A program made the position numbers and the translations under genes. Source: Desulfobacterales bacterium (GTDB lineage Bacteria; Desulfobacterota; Desulfobacteria; Desulfobacterales; UBA5616). Taken from it: DNA of 64,000 bases. Position 1 is the stretch's first letter, and every line of letters starts with the position of its first letter. The DNA is taken from positions 1-64,000 of the forward strand of contig JAWODC010000015.1 of NCBI GenBank assembly GCA_046483495.1, read 5' to 3'. The notes beneath the pieces were generated by a model, which was not told where the DNA came from, searched no databases, and was given only the letters and a program-made list of their open reading frames with translations. Positions 10,550 to 20,660 of the stretch are shown one piece after another.

Positions 10550-10692
10550 GTGCCCATCCAGAAATGGCTAATTCGCTCCATTTCGGCGTTGGCCGGCAAA
10601 TTTTAATCCTCAAAACACTCCGTGTATTCCTGTGGTTAAAATTTGCCGGCCGCCTTGAACGGAATCGAATTTTCTCATTTCCGGATGGGCAC
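10550..10692. repeat. Palindromic 143-bp MITE/REP-like element, copy C
   Basis: Ends gtgcccatccagaaatg / catttccggatgggcac; near-identical to 53174-53318. Confidence 0.9.
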
Positions 10693-10708
10693 TGATTCAT
10701 TGATGGGT

Positions 10709-11383
10709 TTATACAGGGGCAGCCAGAACGAGCCCCATCAGGCTGCCCCGGGCTACCGAATCCGGTTCACACGTACCTCCGATGGGATAGACGTCCCACC
10801 CGACGCGTGCCGCCATCGTAAACGCATCCATTCCGCAGGACTCCATGGACGGATTGCTGATCTCACTGTTTCGGCAGGTTTTTTCAAGGGTTAGCATTTG
10901 GCAGACAGGTTGATCATGGCAAAGTACGTCCCGGCAATTGCCCGCGGCAAATCCAAGCGTGGGAGCATACCCCATTTCCTCGGCGGATTTTCGAAGACTG
11001 GAGACGATGGAAAATACCGACAGGTAGGCTGCACCTAGAGTAAGGATCACCCCCTGTTCATCCATTTCTCCGGCATGAATCCAATCCGCAAGCCCCTTGG
11101 CCGCAATTACGGAGCTTTCCACCCTGACACGAAAAAAAACCGCCTGTTCATAACGCGATACCATGTCCCGGACTTCAGCAATGGTATAACCATGGGGTGG
11201 GCAGTGCATGCATCCGCCCGACATGTAGCATTTGGGGATCATACATTTGAACCGAACACGGGGATCGATCACGATGTCCGATGCCGGTATAATCGCTGCA
11301 TTTTCAGCGCCCTGTTCCAAAGCCATTTGCTTGAGACGATCCATTTGGGCGGTGACCTTTTGTGATCCTATTGCTTTTTTCAT
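10709..11383 (-). CDS. DUF2284-like Cys-rich metal-binding protein
   Basis: DPRVRFKCMIPKCYMSGGCMHCPP, AAGNC..LC, PSMESCGMD. Confidence 0.8.
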   Translation of the reverse strand: MKKAIGSQKVTAQMDRLKQMALEQGAENAAIIPASDIVIDPRVRFKCMIPKCYMSGGCMHCPPHGYTIAEVRDMVSRYEQAVFFRVRVESSVIAAKGLADWIHAGEMDEQGVILTLGAAYLSVFSIVSSLRKSAEEMGYAPTLGFAAGNCRDVLCHDQPVCQMLTLEKTCRNSEISNPSMESCGMDAFTMAARVGWDVYPIGGTCEPDSVARGSLMGLVLAAPV

Positions 11384-11407
11384 ATAACCTCGCTTGACAT
11401 ATTTGTC

Positions 11408-12052
11408 TCAGGTGACAAAAACCAGCCCCGCTAGAACCGGTTTGTCCCGATTGACCGGTTGGGTGAAATGTTTTTCCGCCAGGACTCCTGCATCGATTCC
11501 CACCGCATCCATTGCCGGACGGCCTCTATAGGGGTGAAGGCATCGGCCTCCTTTGATCATGGCCGCGCATCGCTTTTCCTGGAAGCAAAAAACGCTTCGG
11601 CAGTTCCCCGTCGCCAGTCCGATCACCAGATGATATCCCATATAAAAAGCAGCCGACTCAACCCTCGAGACAATATCGAACAGGTTTACATAAATCGCTC
11701 GGTGATTTTGGTCCAAAATGGGGCCGCCGCCGTATACCGGCATGTCGCTCTCCGGATCGATCGTGAAGAAAAGGGCCTTTTGGTACGCATAAATCGCTTC
11801 TTCAATATTGTCCTTGGGATAGATCAACGGTCGGTGAATGGACGGGAATGCATCATCCGAAGCCGCCTTTGCTCTGATCGTTTGATCGATTCGGATATCT
11901 TCCGCATCGAGAACGGCTGCCTTCAAGGCTCCCAGGTCCCGTGCCGCCCGAACCAGGCAGTCAAGGTCCTCTTTACGTTTTTCAGGATCGACAAACGCCT
12001 GGATCTGCCGAACGCAAACCGGAGCGGATCTTTCTGAGGGGTCGCTTATCAT
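11408..12052 (-). CDS. DUF2284-like protein (N-terminal Cys cluster absent)
   Basis: ATGNCRSVFC...C.......CLHPYRGRPAMDAVGID, LAGLVFV C-terminus. Confidence 0.72.
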   Translation of the reverse strand: MISDPSERSAPVCVRQIQAFVDPEKRKEDLDCLVRAARDLGALKAAVLDAEDIRIDQTIRAKAASDDAFPSIHRPLIYPKDNIEEAIYAYQKALFFTIDPESDMPVYGGGPILDQNHRAIYVNLFDIVSRVESAAFYMGYHLVIGLATGNCRSVFCFQEKRCAAMIKGGRCLHPYRGRPAMDAVGIDAGVLAEKHFTQPVNRDKPVLAGLVFVT

Positions 12053-12225
12053 GTGGATCTCCTTTAGAATCGGCTCCCGAAATGCAACGGGCAGCCCGGA
12101 TTTTTTTTGACAAAAGAATTGATAAATGTTGGATTGACTGGTACCTGAAAGGATGTCCTATCCATGTGAACTAATCCGTAAATACACAGGATCACAGCAA
12201 TGATCAAGGAGATTTTATACGACGG

Positions 12226-13464
12226 ATGCTGGGAAGGAGGCCCGAATCCGTGAAGCTTTACAAAGTCCGTCAGCACCTTGTTTCCAACCCGTTAACCGAT
12301 GTAAAGGCCGCGGTTTGGCGTAAGCTCGACGCACTGAACCTTCAGGTTCCCGGCGGCGAGGTGGCCATCACCGCCGGAAGCCGGGGTATTGCCAATATTG
12401 CAGCCATCACCAAAGCGGCGGGAGACTGGCTGCGGCAAAACGGGGCCACGCCCTTCATCGCACCCTGCATGGGATCTCACAACGGGGCCACCGCACAGGG
12501 ACAGCAGGCCATGGTGGAGTCTTTGGGAATTACGGAAGAGGCTGTCGGAATGGAAATCCGGTCATCCATGGACGTGGTTCGGCTCGGGTCGGTCGGCGGC
12601 GGCGATGTTTTTATGGATAAGGCCTGTTTCAATGCGGCGGGCGTTTTGGTGTTGAACCGCATAAAGCTGCACACCTGTTTTTCGGGGCCGGTGCAAAGCG
12701 GCCTGATGAAAATGATGGTGGTGGGTATGGGAAAAATTCGATCCGCTGAGACCTTCCACAATACCCCTTCGCCAAGGATGAAGGACATGATCATCGAGAT
12801 GGCGAAGCTGATCCTGTCCTACAGCAAAATTTTCGCCGGGCTCGCCGTATTGGAAGATGGGTTCGATCAGACGGCGGAAATTCATGCCTTGCACCCTGAA
12901 CGCATCCCGACAAAAGAACCCGAGCTGCTGAAACGGCACCTTCATTATTTTCCCCGCCTGCCCGTGGACGAGTTGAATGTGCTGGTGGTCGATGAAATCG
13001 GAAAGATTTACAGCGGCACCGGGATGGATACCAATGTCATCGGTTACAGAGGAGTTAAAGGCTTTGAAGATGTGGAGAAACCCGAGATTAAGATCATCAC
13101 TGCACTAAAGCTTGCCGAGGCATCCCAGGGGAATGCCATCGGTGTCGGACTGGCTGATTTTATCACCAGGCGTCTGCGACAGGCCATTGACGAGGAGAAA
13201 ACCTTCATCAACGTCTTCACGACCGGTGAGATGGAACGGGCCAAAATTCCCGCAACCCTCGCCGATGATGAGGTGCTGATCGGCAGAATCCAGGAGCGTT
13301 ACGGTTTAAACCGTTGGATGTTTATCCCGAATACCCTGCATCTTGAAACCCTTTATATCAGTGAAGATCTGAAAAATGACCTGGCCCTCCATCCCCGGTG
13401 CTCGGTCGATCCGAAACCGGTTATGTTGACCTTCAAAGACGGGCGGCATCAGCTTATCTTTTAA
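12226..13464 (+). CDS. Lactate-racemase (LarA)-like domain protein
   Basis: TAGSRGIANI, PCMGSHNGATAQGQ, NRIKLHT..SG..KM...GMGK, SGTGMDTNVIG. Confidence 0.7.
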   Translation: MLGRRPESVKLYKVRQHLVSNPLTDVKAAVWRKLDALNLQVPGGEVAITAGSRGIANIAAITKAAGDWLRQNGATPFIAPCMGSHNGATAQGQQAMVESLGITEEAVGMEIRSSMDVVRLGSVGGGDVFMDKACFNAAGVLVLNRIKLHTCFSGPVQSGLMKMMVVGMGKIRSAETFHNTPSPRMKDMIIEMAKLILSYSKIFAGLAVLEDGFDQTAEIHALHPERIPTKEPELLKRHLHYFPRLPVDELNVLVVDEIGKIYSGTGMDTNVIGYRGVKGFEDVEKPEIKIITALKLAEASQGNAIGVGLADFITRRLRQAIDEEKTFINVFTTGEMERAKIPATLADDEVLIGRIQERYGLNRWMFIPNTLHLETLYISEDLKNDLALHPRCSVDPKPVMLTFKDGRHQLIF

Positions 13465-13555
13465 GGCGCGTTATGTTAGCGGAACAGGCGCCTAATTCGA
13501 GGAAACACCAAAACATTCAATCGACAGAGAAGTGCTCGGGTAAACGGAGGCTTTC

Positions 13556-14434
13556 GTGTTTACATGGCTCAATGATATGCACTGGGCGACGGCCATCCGG
13601 TCGGATGCGCTAACCCCGATTTTCAAGACATTTTCCGCACTGGGATACGGCGATTTTTACCTGATTTTTCTTCCCCTCGGCTACTGGATAATCAACAAGC
13701 GGATATTCACCCGACTGGGTCTTGTCGTACTGTTCAACTCATTACTGAATGCCTATTTGAAAGATTTTTTCCAGGACCCGCGGCCGGATCCCCTGTATCA
13801 GCTTGACCCTGCGGTGGGTGAGTCTTTCGGATTTCCAAGCGGCCACGCCCAGATGGCCGTTGTGACGTGGTTTTGGCTGGCATGGGAGATTCGAAAAAAG
13901 TGGGTTTGGATTTCGAGTTCTCTGTTGGTTGCGGGAATCTGCTTCAGCCGTCTGTACTTGGGGGTTCATGATGTGGCGGATGTCATCGGCGGATTCGTCA
14001 TCGGCTCCGTTCTCTTGATTTTCTTTATCCATGTATACCGTTCAGGCATTCTAAGACGCCACATGCGTTCTCCGGTCCGCCAATTGATGGGGATCACCGG
14101 CATCGAGGCGGTCTTTTTTTTGACCTGGCCGCAAGGAGCGCCGCCGTCGGCCGTCGGCTATGGGCTTTTCCTGCTGGGTTTCTGGGCCGGCACCGTTCTG
14201 GACCTGAAACGGCTGCAGTTTGAAAAGCATGCGGATTTTCGGGCGGTTGCCGCTTCCGGTCTTTTGGGAATACTCGCATTTTTCATGCTCAACAAAATGC
14301 TTGTCGGATTTACAAACAACCTCGAGAGTGCCGGGGTTTATCTTTTGATCTTTCAGTCCATTTTCATGGGCGCCTTTGTTACGGCCTTCGCCCCCTGGAT
14401 TTTTCAACGGCTCAGATTGGCCTCCCGCCAGTAA
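13556..14434 (+). CDS. PAP2 family phosphatase
   Basis: KxxxxxxRP, FPSGHA, SRLYLGVH motifs; TM helices. Confidence 0.9.
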   Translation: MFTWLNDMHWATAIRSDALTPIFKTFSALGYGDFYLIFLPLGYWIINKRIFTRLGLVVLFNSLLNAYLKDFFQDPRPDPLYQLDPAVGESFGFPSGHAQMAVVTWFWLAWEIRKKWVWISSSLLVAGICFSRLYLGVHDVADVIGGFVIGSVLLIFFIHVYRSGILRRHMRSPVRQLMGITGIEAVFFLTWPQGAPPSAVGYGLFLLGFWAGTVLDLKRLQFEKHADFRAVAASGLLGILAFFMLNKMLVGFTNNLESAGVYLLIFQSIFMGAFVTAFAPWIFQRLRLASRQ

Positions 14435-14524
14435 TGCATTCACTTGAGGAGCACATGGCAAAGTAGGTGAAGGTTGTATTTATTCGGGGTATTTGCCTGA
14501 TTTCGGTATGGACGAATCAGGGAA

Positions 14525-15562
14525 TCAGTCGGACGTTTCGGCATTCCGGCCACTGCCGAAATGACGTTGGATCAGCGTCACTATTTCGTCGTGCAACACA
14601 TTGTCAAATCGGACATGCAGAGAATAGTCGTTGAAGGCGTCTTCGGTTACATTGGTTATTATTCCGGATTTTTTTATCTTGAGCAGACCCTTTTCCGTTG
14701 GGAGCGCGAAGGTTGCCATAAGCTTTCGGCCCGGCAACAGGGCGGCGGTCTCTTTCTTTGATATTCTCATGAAAAAACTAATGCCGCCCGGCGAGAGGTC
14801 GGATAAGGTCCCTTTCCATGGTGATCCCATTGCCTGACCGGATCGGTCGAGCAGTTGGAAAACCCCGGAATTTTGAATGTCAAAGCGTCTTTCACTTCTT
14901 CGGTCAAGCTTCATCACTCTAACGGCATCATCCGTCAGGCCTGCCTTAATACAATAATCATGGATTTTGCTGCGCAATCCGGGAAACTTTTCATTTTGAA
15001 CCTTCAAATCCATCTTTTTCAGACATCTTAATTGAACGGGCGATTCCGTTACGGCGGAAACGCTGCTGAATGCCGATAGTTGGAAAAAGGTGTCATCTCC
15101 TGCAAAACCACCTTTTTCCACCCGCCTGACCATCACCGATTTTCCCCTGAAACTGCAGATCAGCATTAACGATCCTTCTTCCACCAAAAACAATGAGCCA
15201 TTTTTTTTCCCCTGCTCAAATAAAATCTGCCCGGGATCGAGGGTCGTCTCGGTTAAAGAAAAGTATACGGCGTTGGCTTCTTCCGCCGTAAGCATGCCGT
15301 ACAAATCCGCCCAAACAGCCAAATGCTGCTTGTCGATCGATTTGGCCTTTTCCTCTTCGATACGTTCACCGGATTTAATTATCTCGGACAAGGCCATCGA
15401 ATCGACCTCAATGAGTTTTTCCCTCAATTGTTCGGCCTGAATGAATTCCTTCTTTTGTGCGTACCCCACGATGAGGTCGAACAACAGTTCGACCGCCGAT
15501 TTAATGTCACCTTTGGATATGTAGGCGTCGACCAGGGCTTGTTTTTTGATCCGTTCATCCAT
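14525..15562 (-). CDS. Cyclic-nucleotide-binding + PilZ domain protein
   Basis: LFEQG...LFLVEEG CNB fold; RRSERRF (RxxxR) and DLSPGG (DxSxxG) PilZ motifs. Confidence 0.8.
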   Translation of the reverse strand: MDERIKKQALVDAYISKGDIKSAVELLFDLIVGYAQKKEFIQAEQLREKLIEVDSMALSEIIKSGERIEEEKAKSIDKQHLAVWADLYGMLTAEEANAVYFSLTETTLDPGQILFEQGKKNGSLFLVEEGSLMLICSFRGKSVMVRRVEKGGFAGDDTFFQLSAFSSVSAVTESPVQLRCLKKMDLKVQNEKFPGLRSKIHDYCIKAGLTDDAVRVMKLDRRSERRFDIQNSGVFQLLDRSGQAMGSPWKGTLSDLSPGGISFFMRISKKETAALLPGRKLMATFALPTEKGLLKIKKSGIITNVTEDAFNDYSLHVRFDNVLHDEIVTLIQRHFGSGRNAETSD

Positions 15563-15730
15563 GGCGATGATTTCCCGGTTTGAGGCGTGTGCATCCGAAA
15601 ATGGGAGTGAATTGCGGGCAGAATTTCTATTACTTTATGGAAAAGTGCCGTTTTAATCAATAAAAAAATGGATTGAATAACGATCGACCAAGCCCTGAAG
15701 CAGTAAACGGCTTTAACCGCCGGCAGGGGC

Positions 15731-16267
15731 TCAGTCTGTTTCCAGCCTTTCGACCAGTATTCCGTATTTTTCATGAATCATTTTTCGGTCAAAATCCCGG
15801 TAATTCTCGAGCAGGACCTGATCCTCTTCTTCGGTGAAGTAGGCCCTGGATGCCGGAAAGAATAATTTATCTTCTTTTTCAATGTGTTCGGGATAGAACC
15901 CGACCAGTGTTTCAAAATTTTTGACAATATCATTCAGGGCGGTTTCATCGCCATTCCGATAAAGCGTATTGGCCTCCACAAGCGCTTTAGTCGTTTGCCG
16001 CCCGAAGGCGTGTTCATCGATCAATTCTTTCATGAGCCGCCGATCCGGGACGGAAAGGCTGCGTTTATCCAGTTCACGAAAAAGAATATCCTCTTCTTTT
16101 CCATGGTGCGTCCGATCTGCGTACATTCGGATGAAATCAACGGCGGTATCGACGAAAACGGGATCGACCCTGCCGGTCGAATCTATTTGTTTGAGGGTAT
16201 TCCTGATGACCGCAATCATCCTTTCGATCAGGCGATGCTCTATCATGAGCGGTCCGCGTGACTGCAT
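15731..16267 (-). CDS. Hemerythrin-like (HHE) domain protein
   Basis: EHRLI, HHGKEEDILF, EHAFGR, HIEKEDKLFFP. Confidence 0.9.
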   Translation of the reverse strand: MQSRGPLMIEHRLIERMIAVIRNTLKQIDSTGRVDPVFVDTAVDFIRMYADRTHHGKEEDILFRELDKRSLSVPDRRLMKELIDEHAFGRQTTKALVEANTLYRNGDETALNDIVKNFETLVGFYPEHIEKEDKLFFPASRAYFTEEEDQVLLENYRDFDRKMIHEKYGILVERLETD

Positions 16268-16394
16268 ACAATGCTCCTTTTTTTCGTACTTTCGATTATA
16301 CCTTATTTATTCCTGCATTCTGAAAATGTTTACAGTCGGGAAATCATTCATTCTCTTTAGAAAAGGACTGTAGGCCTACAATCCCCCGGGATCA

Positions 16395-17045
16395 TCAGGC
16401 CCGGGAAGTCACGGGAAGGGTGACACACACTTCGGGCAGCAGATTTACAGCCGTTACCGTCATTACTCCGTTTTTTACACAAATGATGCTGACGGCACCG
16501 TTCGACTGCCGCAGGCGGCGAAAGCCGTCAAGAGGTATACCTTTCGCGAAACACAGCAGGCTCAAGATAACAAAATTATGGCTGCAAATCAGAACCGTGC
16601 TGTTATCCGGGTGTTTTGCAATAATGCGATAAAGGGCGCTTACCGCTCGATGTCGGACTTCATCAAGGCATTCACCACCCGGCATTCTCAATGTGCCCGG
16701 GTTCTCCCGCCACTGATTCATAAAATTCGGATACATCCGTGACCATTCAACAGCGTCCATTCCGTCAAACGTCCCCAGGTCCATTTCGATGAAATCCGGT
16801 TCTTCAATGAGCCGGGCTTGGGAATGATAGTCCATTATTCGTTTCGCCGTCTCCTTCGCGCGCAACAGGGGGCTGGTGTAAGCCGTTGTCACCGCTTCAT
16901 CTTTCAGCATCCCGGCCACCGCTTCGGCCTGGCGAACACCGGTTTCATTCAACGGTGTATCGCATCTGCCTTGAAATCGACGGGTACGGTTCCATTCGGT
17001 TTCTCCGTGGCGGACCAGTAAAATGCGTATGTCCTTTTTTTCCAT
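16395..17045 (-). CDS. Histidine phosphatase (phosphoglycerate mutase) family protein
   Basis: LVRHGETEWN, SPLLRAKETA, ICSH; start at MEKKDIR. Confidence 0.9.
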   Translation of the reverse strand: MEKKDIRILLVRHGETEWNRTRRFQGRCDTPLNETGVRQAEAVAGMLKDEAVTTAYTSPLLRAKETAKRIMDYHSQARLIEEPDFIEMDLGTFDGMDAVEWSRMYPNFMNQWRENPGTLRMPGGECLDEVRHRAVSALYRIIAKHPDNSTVLICSHNFVILSLLCFAKGIPLDGFRRLRQSNGAVSIICVKNGVMTVTAVNLLPEVCVTLPVTSRA

Positions 17046-17115
17046 GGATGGTCCTCTTCCGCTCGGCCGTAATCTCACAAGGGATTTGGGCCCGTTCGGG
17101 ACGGCTTTCCTGCAT

Positions 17116-17877
17116 TTAAACCGCGCTGGCGCCACCGTCCACCAATAACGTTTGCCCGGTGATGAAATTCGAACCTTCCGAGCATAGAAAAAGAACCGGA
17201 TGGACAACATCTGCGCATTCGGCGATTCTACCCAGCGGAATGGATTTAATAATGGTGCTGTAAAACTCCGGGTTTGACCAGAACGGCTTGCTGAAATCCG
17301 TTCTCACCATTCCGGGGGCGACGGCATTGACTTGAATATTATGGGGCGCGAGTTCCTGAGCCAGGACTTTCGTCATCATTTCAATCCCGGCTTTGGCAAT
17401 TCCGTAAATGCCCATGGCGGGACTCGCCCGGTGGGCGGCCAAGGATGAAATGCTGACGATCTTTCCCTTGTTCTGCTCACGCATGAGCTGTCCGGCTTTC
17501 CGTGAGCACAAAAAGGTTCCGGTCAAGTTGGTATCGATGATTTTCCGCCATAGACCCGGATCGGCATCAGTGACACCGGTGACCATGTTCATGCCCACAT
17601 TGTTCACCAGGATGTCCAACCGGCCGAACCGGTGGACAACGGCTTCAAACAGCGCGTCCACGTCCTCCTCTTTAGCGATATGTGCACTGACGCTCAATAA
17701 TCGGTCCGACGAGTTCAATTGAGCGGCCGCCGCATCCAGGCCGGCCTGCTTTCGTCCGCAAATGACGACGTTGGCCTGCTCCCGTAACAGCATTCCAGCC
17801 ATGTGAAGACCGATGCCCCTGCTTCCGCCGGTGACCACGACGACCTTATCCGCGAGATCATAGTTCAGGGTATTCAT
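17116..17877 (-). CDS. SDR family oxidoreductase
   Basis: TGGSRGIG, LVNNVG, YGIAK, VNAVAPG. Confidence 0.92.
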   Translation of the reverse strand: MNTLNYDLADKVVVVTGGSRGIGLHMAGMLLREQANVVICGRKQAGLDAAAAQLNSSDRLLSVSAHIAKEEDVDALFEAVVHRFGRLDILVNNVGMNMVTGVTDADPGLWRKIIDTNLTGTFLCSRKAGQLMREQNKGKIVSISSLAAHRASPAMGIYGIAKAGIEMMTKVLAQELAPHNIQVNAVAPGMVRTDFSKPFWSNPEFYSTIIKSIPLGRIAECADVVHPVLFLCSEGSNFITGQTLLVDGGASAV

Positions 17878-18124
17878 AAATATTCTCCGAAAAGTAGGTG
17901 ACGGGATACGTTTAGGTTTACCTTTACGCCATTTTCAGGCGTGTGTCAAAAAGGATGTCCAAAGCTTTGGAAATTTATCCGGATCTTACTTGAGTTATCC
18001 GTTGATTGCGATTATATAAGCATTGCAACATCTGCCGTTTTCAGTTATGGCATTTGGGCGGATTTTCTTGTCGACCGGAACCAGGGGGTACCGGCCGGCA
18101 AAACTGCTGTTGGAGGCAGCCGGT

Positions 18125-18751
18125 ATGATGAAAATGACAGGTGCTTTTGCATGGACCGTTTTCGTCCTGACGATATTCCAGGCACCGGCTTTTGGTGAAT
18201 TTTACAAGTATATCGGCAACGACGGAACCGTCTATTTTGTCGATGACCTGCATAAAATTCCGCTTGAGTTCCGCAACCGGTTCGATGCGTACCCGGAAAC
18301 ATTCGACAACCTGACCGATATCGAAAAGCAGGCGCTGTTGAAAACGATCGAGGCCGAAAAAAACATGGAAACCAATGTGGTTATCGATAAAAACAATGTC
18401 CTGATTCCGGTCACATTGTGTAATGGGGAAAAAATCCTGGAAGTGGTAATGGTACTGGATACCGGGGCATCCATTATTACGATCGACCGGAATATTGCCG
18501 AAGAGCTCGACATCACCGATACCGGTACGGGAACTGCGAGGATTGTCGGCGGCAAGGAGATCGTGTTCGACACGGCCCGGCTGTCCTCCGTAAAGGTGGG
18601 GCCGCATGAAAAAGAAAACATAATGGTGGGTATTATCGATCATCAGGGGCCTGCAGTTACTCACAACGGTCTTTTGGGTATGAATTTTCTTCAGCATTTT
18701 GAATATGCCATCGATTTTAAAAAAGGCGTGGTTCGCTGGTATAACGAATAA
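18125..18751 (+). CDS. Exported retropepsin-like aspartyl protease with DUF4124-like N-terminus
   Basis: Signal peptide, YKY...GTVYFVDD..KIP, VLDTGAS, GLLGMNFL. Confidence 0.85.
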   Translation: MMKMTGAFAWTVFVLTIFQAPAFGEFYKYIGNDGTVYFVDDLHKIPLEFRNRFDAYPETFDNLTDIEKQALLKTIEAEKNMETNVVIDKNNVLIPVTLCNGEKILEVVMVLDTGASIITIDRNIAEELDITDTGTGTARIVGGKEIVFDTARLSSVKVGPHEKENIMVGIIDHQGPAVTHNGLLGMNFLQHFEYAIDFKKGVVRWYNE

Positions 18752-18909
18752 CATAAGCCGCAAATTATCTTTCCTCAAGCCCACATCGGTCGGAAGGGTG
18801 TACGGCCTGTGTTTTTACATTCCTCCGCAACCCCTCCCGGGCCGAAGACGATCGAAACCCCGGCTGCCGGGAAAGAACCGGAAACGTATCACGATAGGAT
18901 GTTATTTTT

Positions 18910-20640
18910 ATGTATAAACAATTCTTTGGATTCAAGGAGAGGCCGTTCAAACTCGTGCCCAACCCGGATTATCTTTTCTTGAGTCGCGTGCACGAGGAAG
19001 CGCTTGCCCATCTGAATTACGCCGTCTCGGAAGGCGAGGGATTCGTCCTGATCACCGGCGAGGTCGGTACAGGCAAAACCACGTTGTGCCGGTCTTTTCT
19101 GGAAGGTTTGGATGATAACGTCAAATCCGCCTTTATCTTTAATCCGAAGTTGGACGCCATCCAGCTGTTGAGGGCAATCAATGATGAGTTCGGCATTGAT
19201 TCGACGGCGGTTCATACCAAGAATCTCATCGATGAATTGAATGCTTTTTTAATCGAACAAAAGCGGAATAACAAAAAGGTCATTCTGCTGATCGATGAGG
19301 CCCAGAATTTGAATCTGGAAGTGCTGGAGCAGGTGCGGCTTTTGTCAAATCTGGAAACCACCCAGGAGAAGCTGCTGCAGATCATTCTCGTCGGTCAGCC
19401 CGAGCTGGGAGAGATGCTGGATTCCCCCGAGTTGCGGCAACTGGGCCAACGCATTACCTTGAACTGCCATTTGAGACCCTTTGATTTGAAGGAAACCGGG
19501 GCGTATATCGCGCACCGGATAAACATCGCTTCAGTAAAGCCGCAGACCGTGTTTACAAAACGGGCCGTTTCCGCCATTTACAAGCATTCCGGAGGCATTC
19601 CCAGGAAAATCAATATTATTTGCGACAGGGCGCTGTTAACCGGATTCGGCCTGGATGAAAGAACCATCGGTATTTCCATTATTCGTTCAGCCATCGGTGA
19701 ATTGTCCGGAAAGGCCTCCCCGATCCGCCCATGGTATATCGGACCGATGAAAGTGACGGCTTTAGGATTGATCTTATGCGGGGTGCTTTTTCTGGTTTTG
19801 CCGAACACCTTTTTTAAAGCTTCCCCACCGGAAACCGCAGCACCCCGGAAACAAGTCCTTGGAAAAGAAACCTCCCCCGCACCAGAGCCAAAAATTGTTC
19901 CGGCCGGTTCATCCGCCGCCCCTGTTGTTGCAAAGAAGGGGGAAAAACGTCCGCCAACGTCCCCAACGACGGCGGCAAAGGCATTGAGCATAGAAGAGCG
20001 CCTCAATACATTGGATCCGAAATCCTCTCGTCGAGAAGCCATGAAGACAGTGATGGCGATATGGGGCCGAGCATCCGATCTGCCTGCTTTTTTGTCGAAT
20101 GTCGACGATGACGGTATGTTCTTTCGGCTGGCCGCCAAGCAGGCCGGGTTTAACATTCTGCCGGTAACGAGGAATATAAGGGTGCTGAAAAAATTGAATC
20201 TTCCAGCCGCCTTGGCGCTGCAGGTTCCCGGGCGGCCATCCCCGGTTTATCTGACGTTGAGTCGACTGGAGGACGGCTTTGCCAACCTGAAGCACAGCAT
20301 GGAAGAACCGGAAATCCGGATACCTCTGGAGCGGTTGAATGCCTACTGGTCCGGGTCGGCTTATGTGCCATGGAAAGATTTCTACGGCTATAACGGCCTT
20401 ATTCCGGCAAATGCCACAGAAGAGTCCATTTTAACGCTAAAAATGCACATTCGGGATATCGGTTACGATCATATCGAGTTCAGCCCGTATTATGACAAGG
20501 CCACCTTTGAGGCCGTGAAAATGATCCAGCATGAACATGGACTGCTGGAAGACGGTCTGGTTGGACCGTTAACCACGATCATTCTCTACAATCAGCTTGG
20601 GAAATTGGATATTCCGAAATTAAGCATGCAAACACCATAG
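18910..20640 (+). CDS. ExeA/GspA-like AAA ATPase with peptidoglycan-binding domain
   Basis: MYKQFFGFKERPF, GEVGTGKT, IDEAQNL, LVGQPEL, GIPRKIN, C-terminal DGLVGPLT. Confidence 0.9.
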   Translation: MYKQFFGFKERPFKLVPNPDYLFLSRVHEEALAHLNYAVSEGEGFVLITGEVGTGKTTLCRSFLEGLDDNVKSAFIFNPKLDAIQLLRAINDEFGIDSTAVHTKNLIDELNAFLIEQKRNNKKVILLIDEAQNLNLEVLEQVRLLSNLETTQEKLLQIILVGQPELGEMLDSPELRQLGQRITLNCHLRPFDLKETGAYIAHRINIASVKPQTVFTKRAVSAIYKHSGGIPRKINIICDRALLTGFGLDERTIGISIIRSAIGELSGKASPIRPWYIGPMKVTALGLILCGVLFLVLPNTFFKASPPETAAPRKQVLGKETSPAPEPKIVPAGSSAAPVVAKKGEKRPPTSPTTAAKALSIEERLNTLDPKSSRREAMKTVMAIWGRASDLPAFLSNVDDDGMFFRLAAKQAGFNILPVTRNIRVLKKLNLPAALALQVPGRPSPVYLTLSRLEDGFANLKHSMEEPEIRIPLERLNAYWSGSAYVPWKDFYGYNGLIPANATEESILTLKMHIRDIGYDHIEFSPYYDKATFEAVKMIQHEHGLLEDGLVGPLTTIILYNQLGKLDIPKLSMQTP

Positions 20641-20660
20641 GCAACACAAGGCATGATCAA

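Noticed and set aside
10533..10700. 56-aa N-terminal extension of the SDR ORF, and the similar peptide at 53110-53322
   Set aside because: Both are translations of the 145-bp repeat; copy D has an in-frame stop and the SDR has its own RBS at 10532
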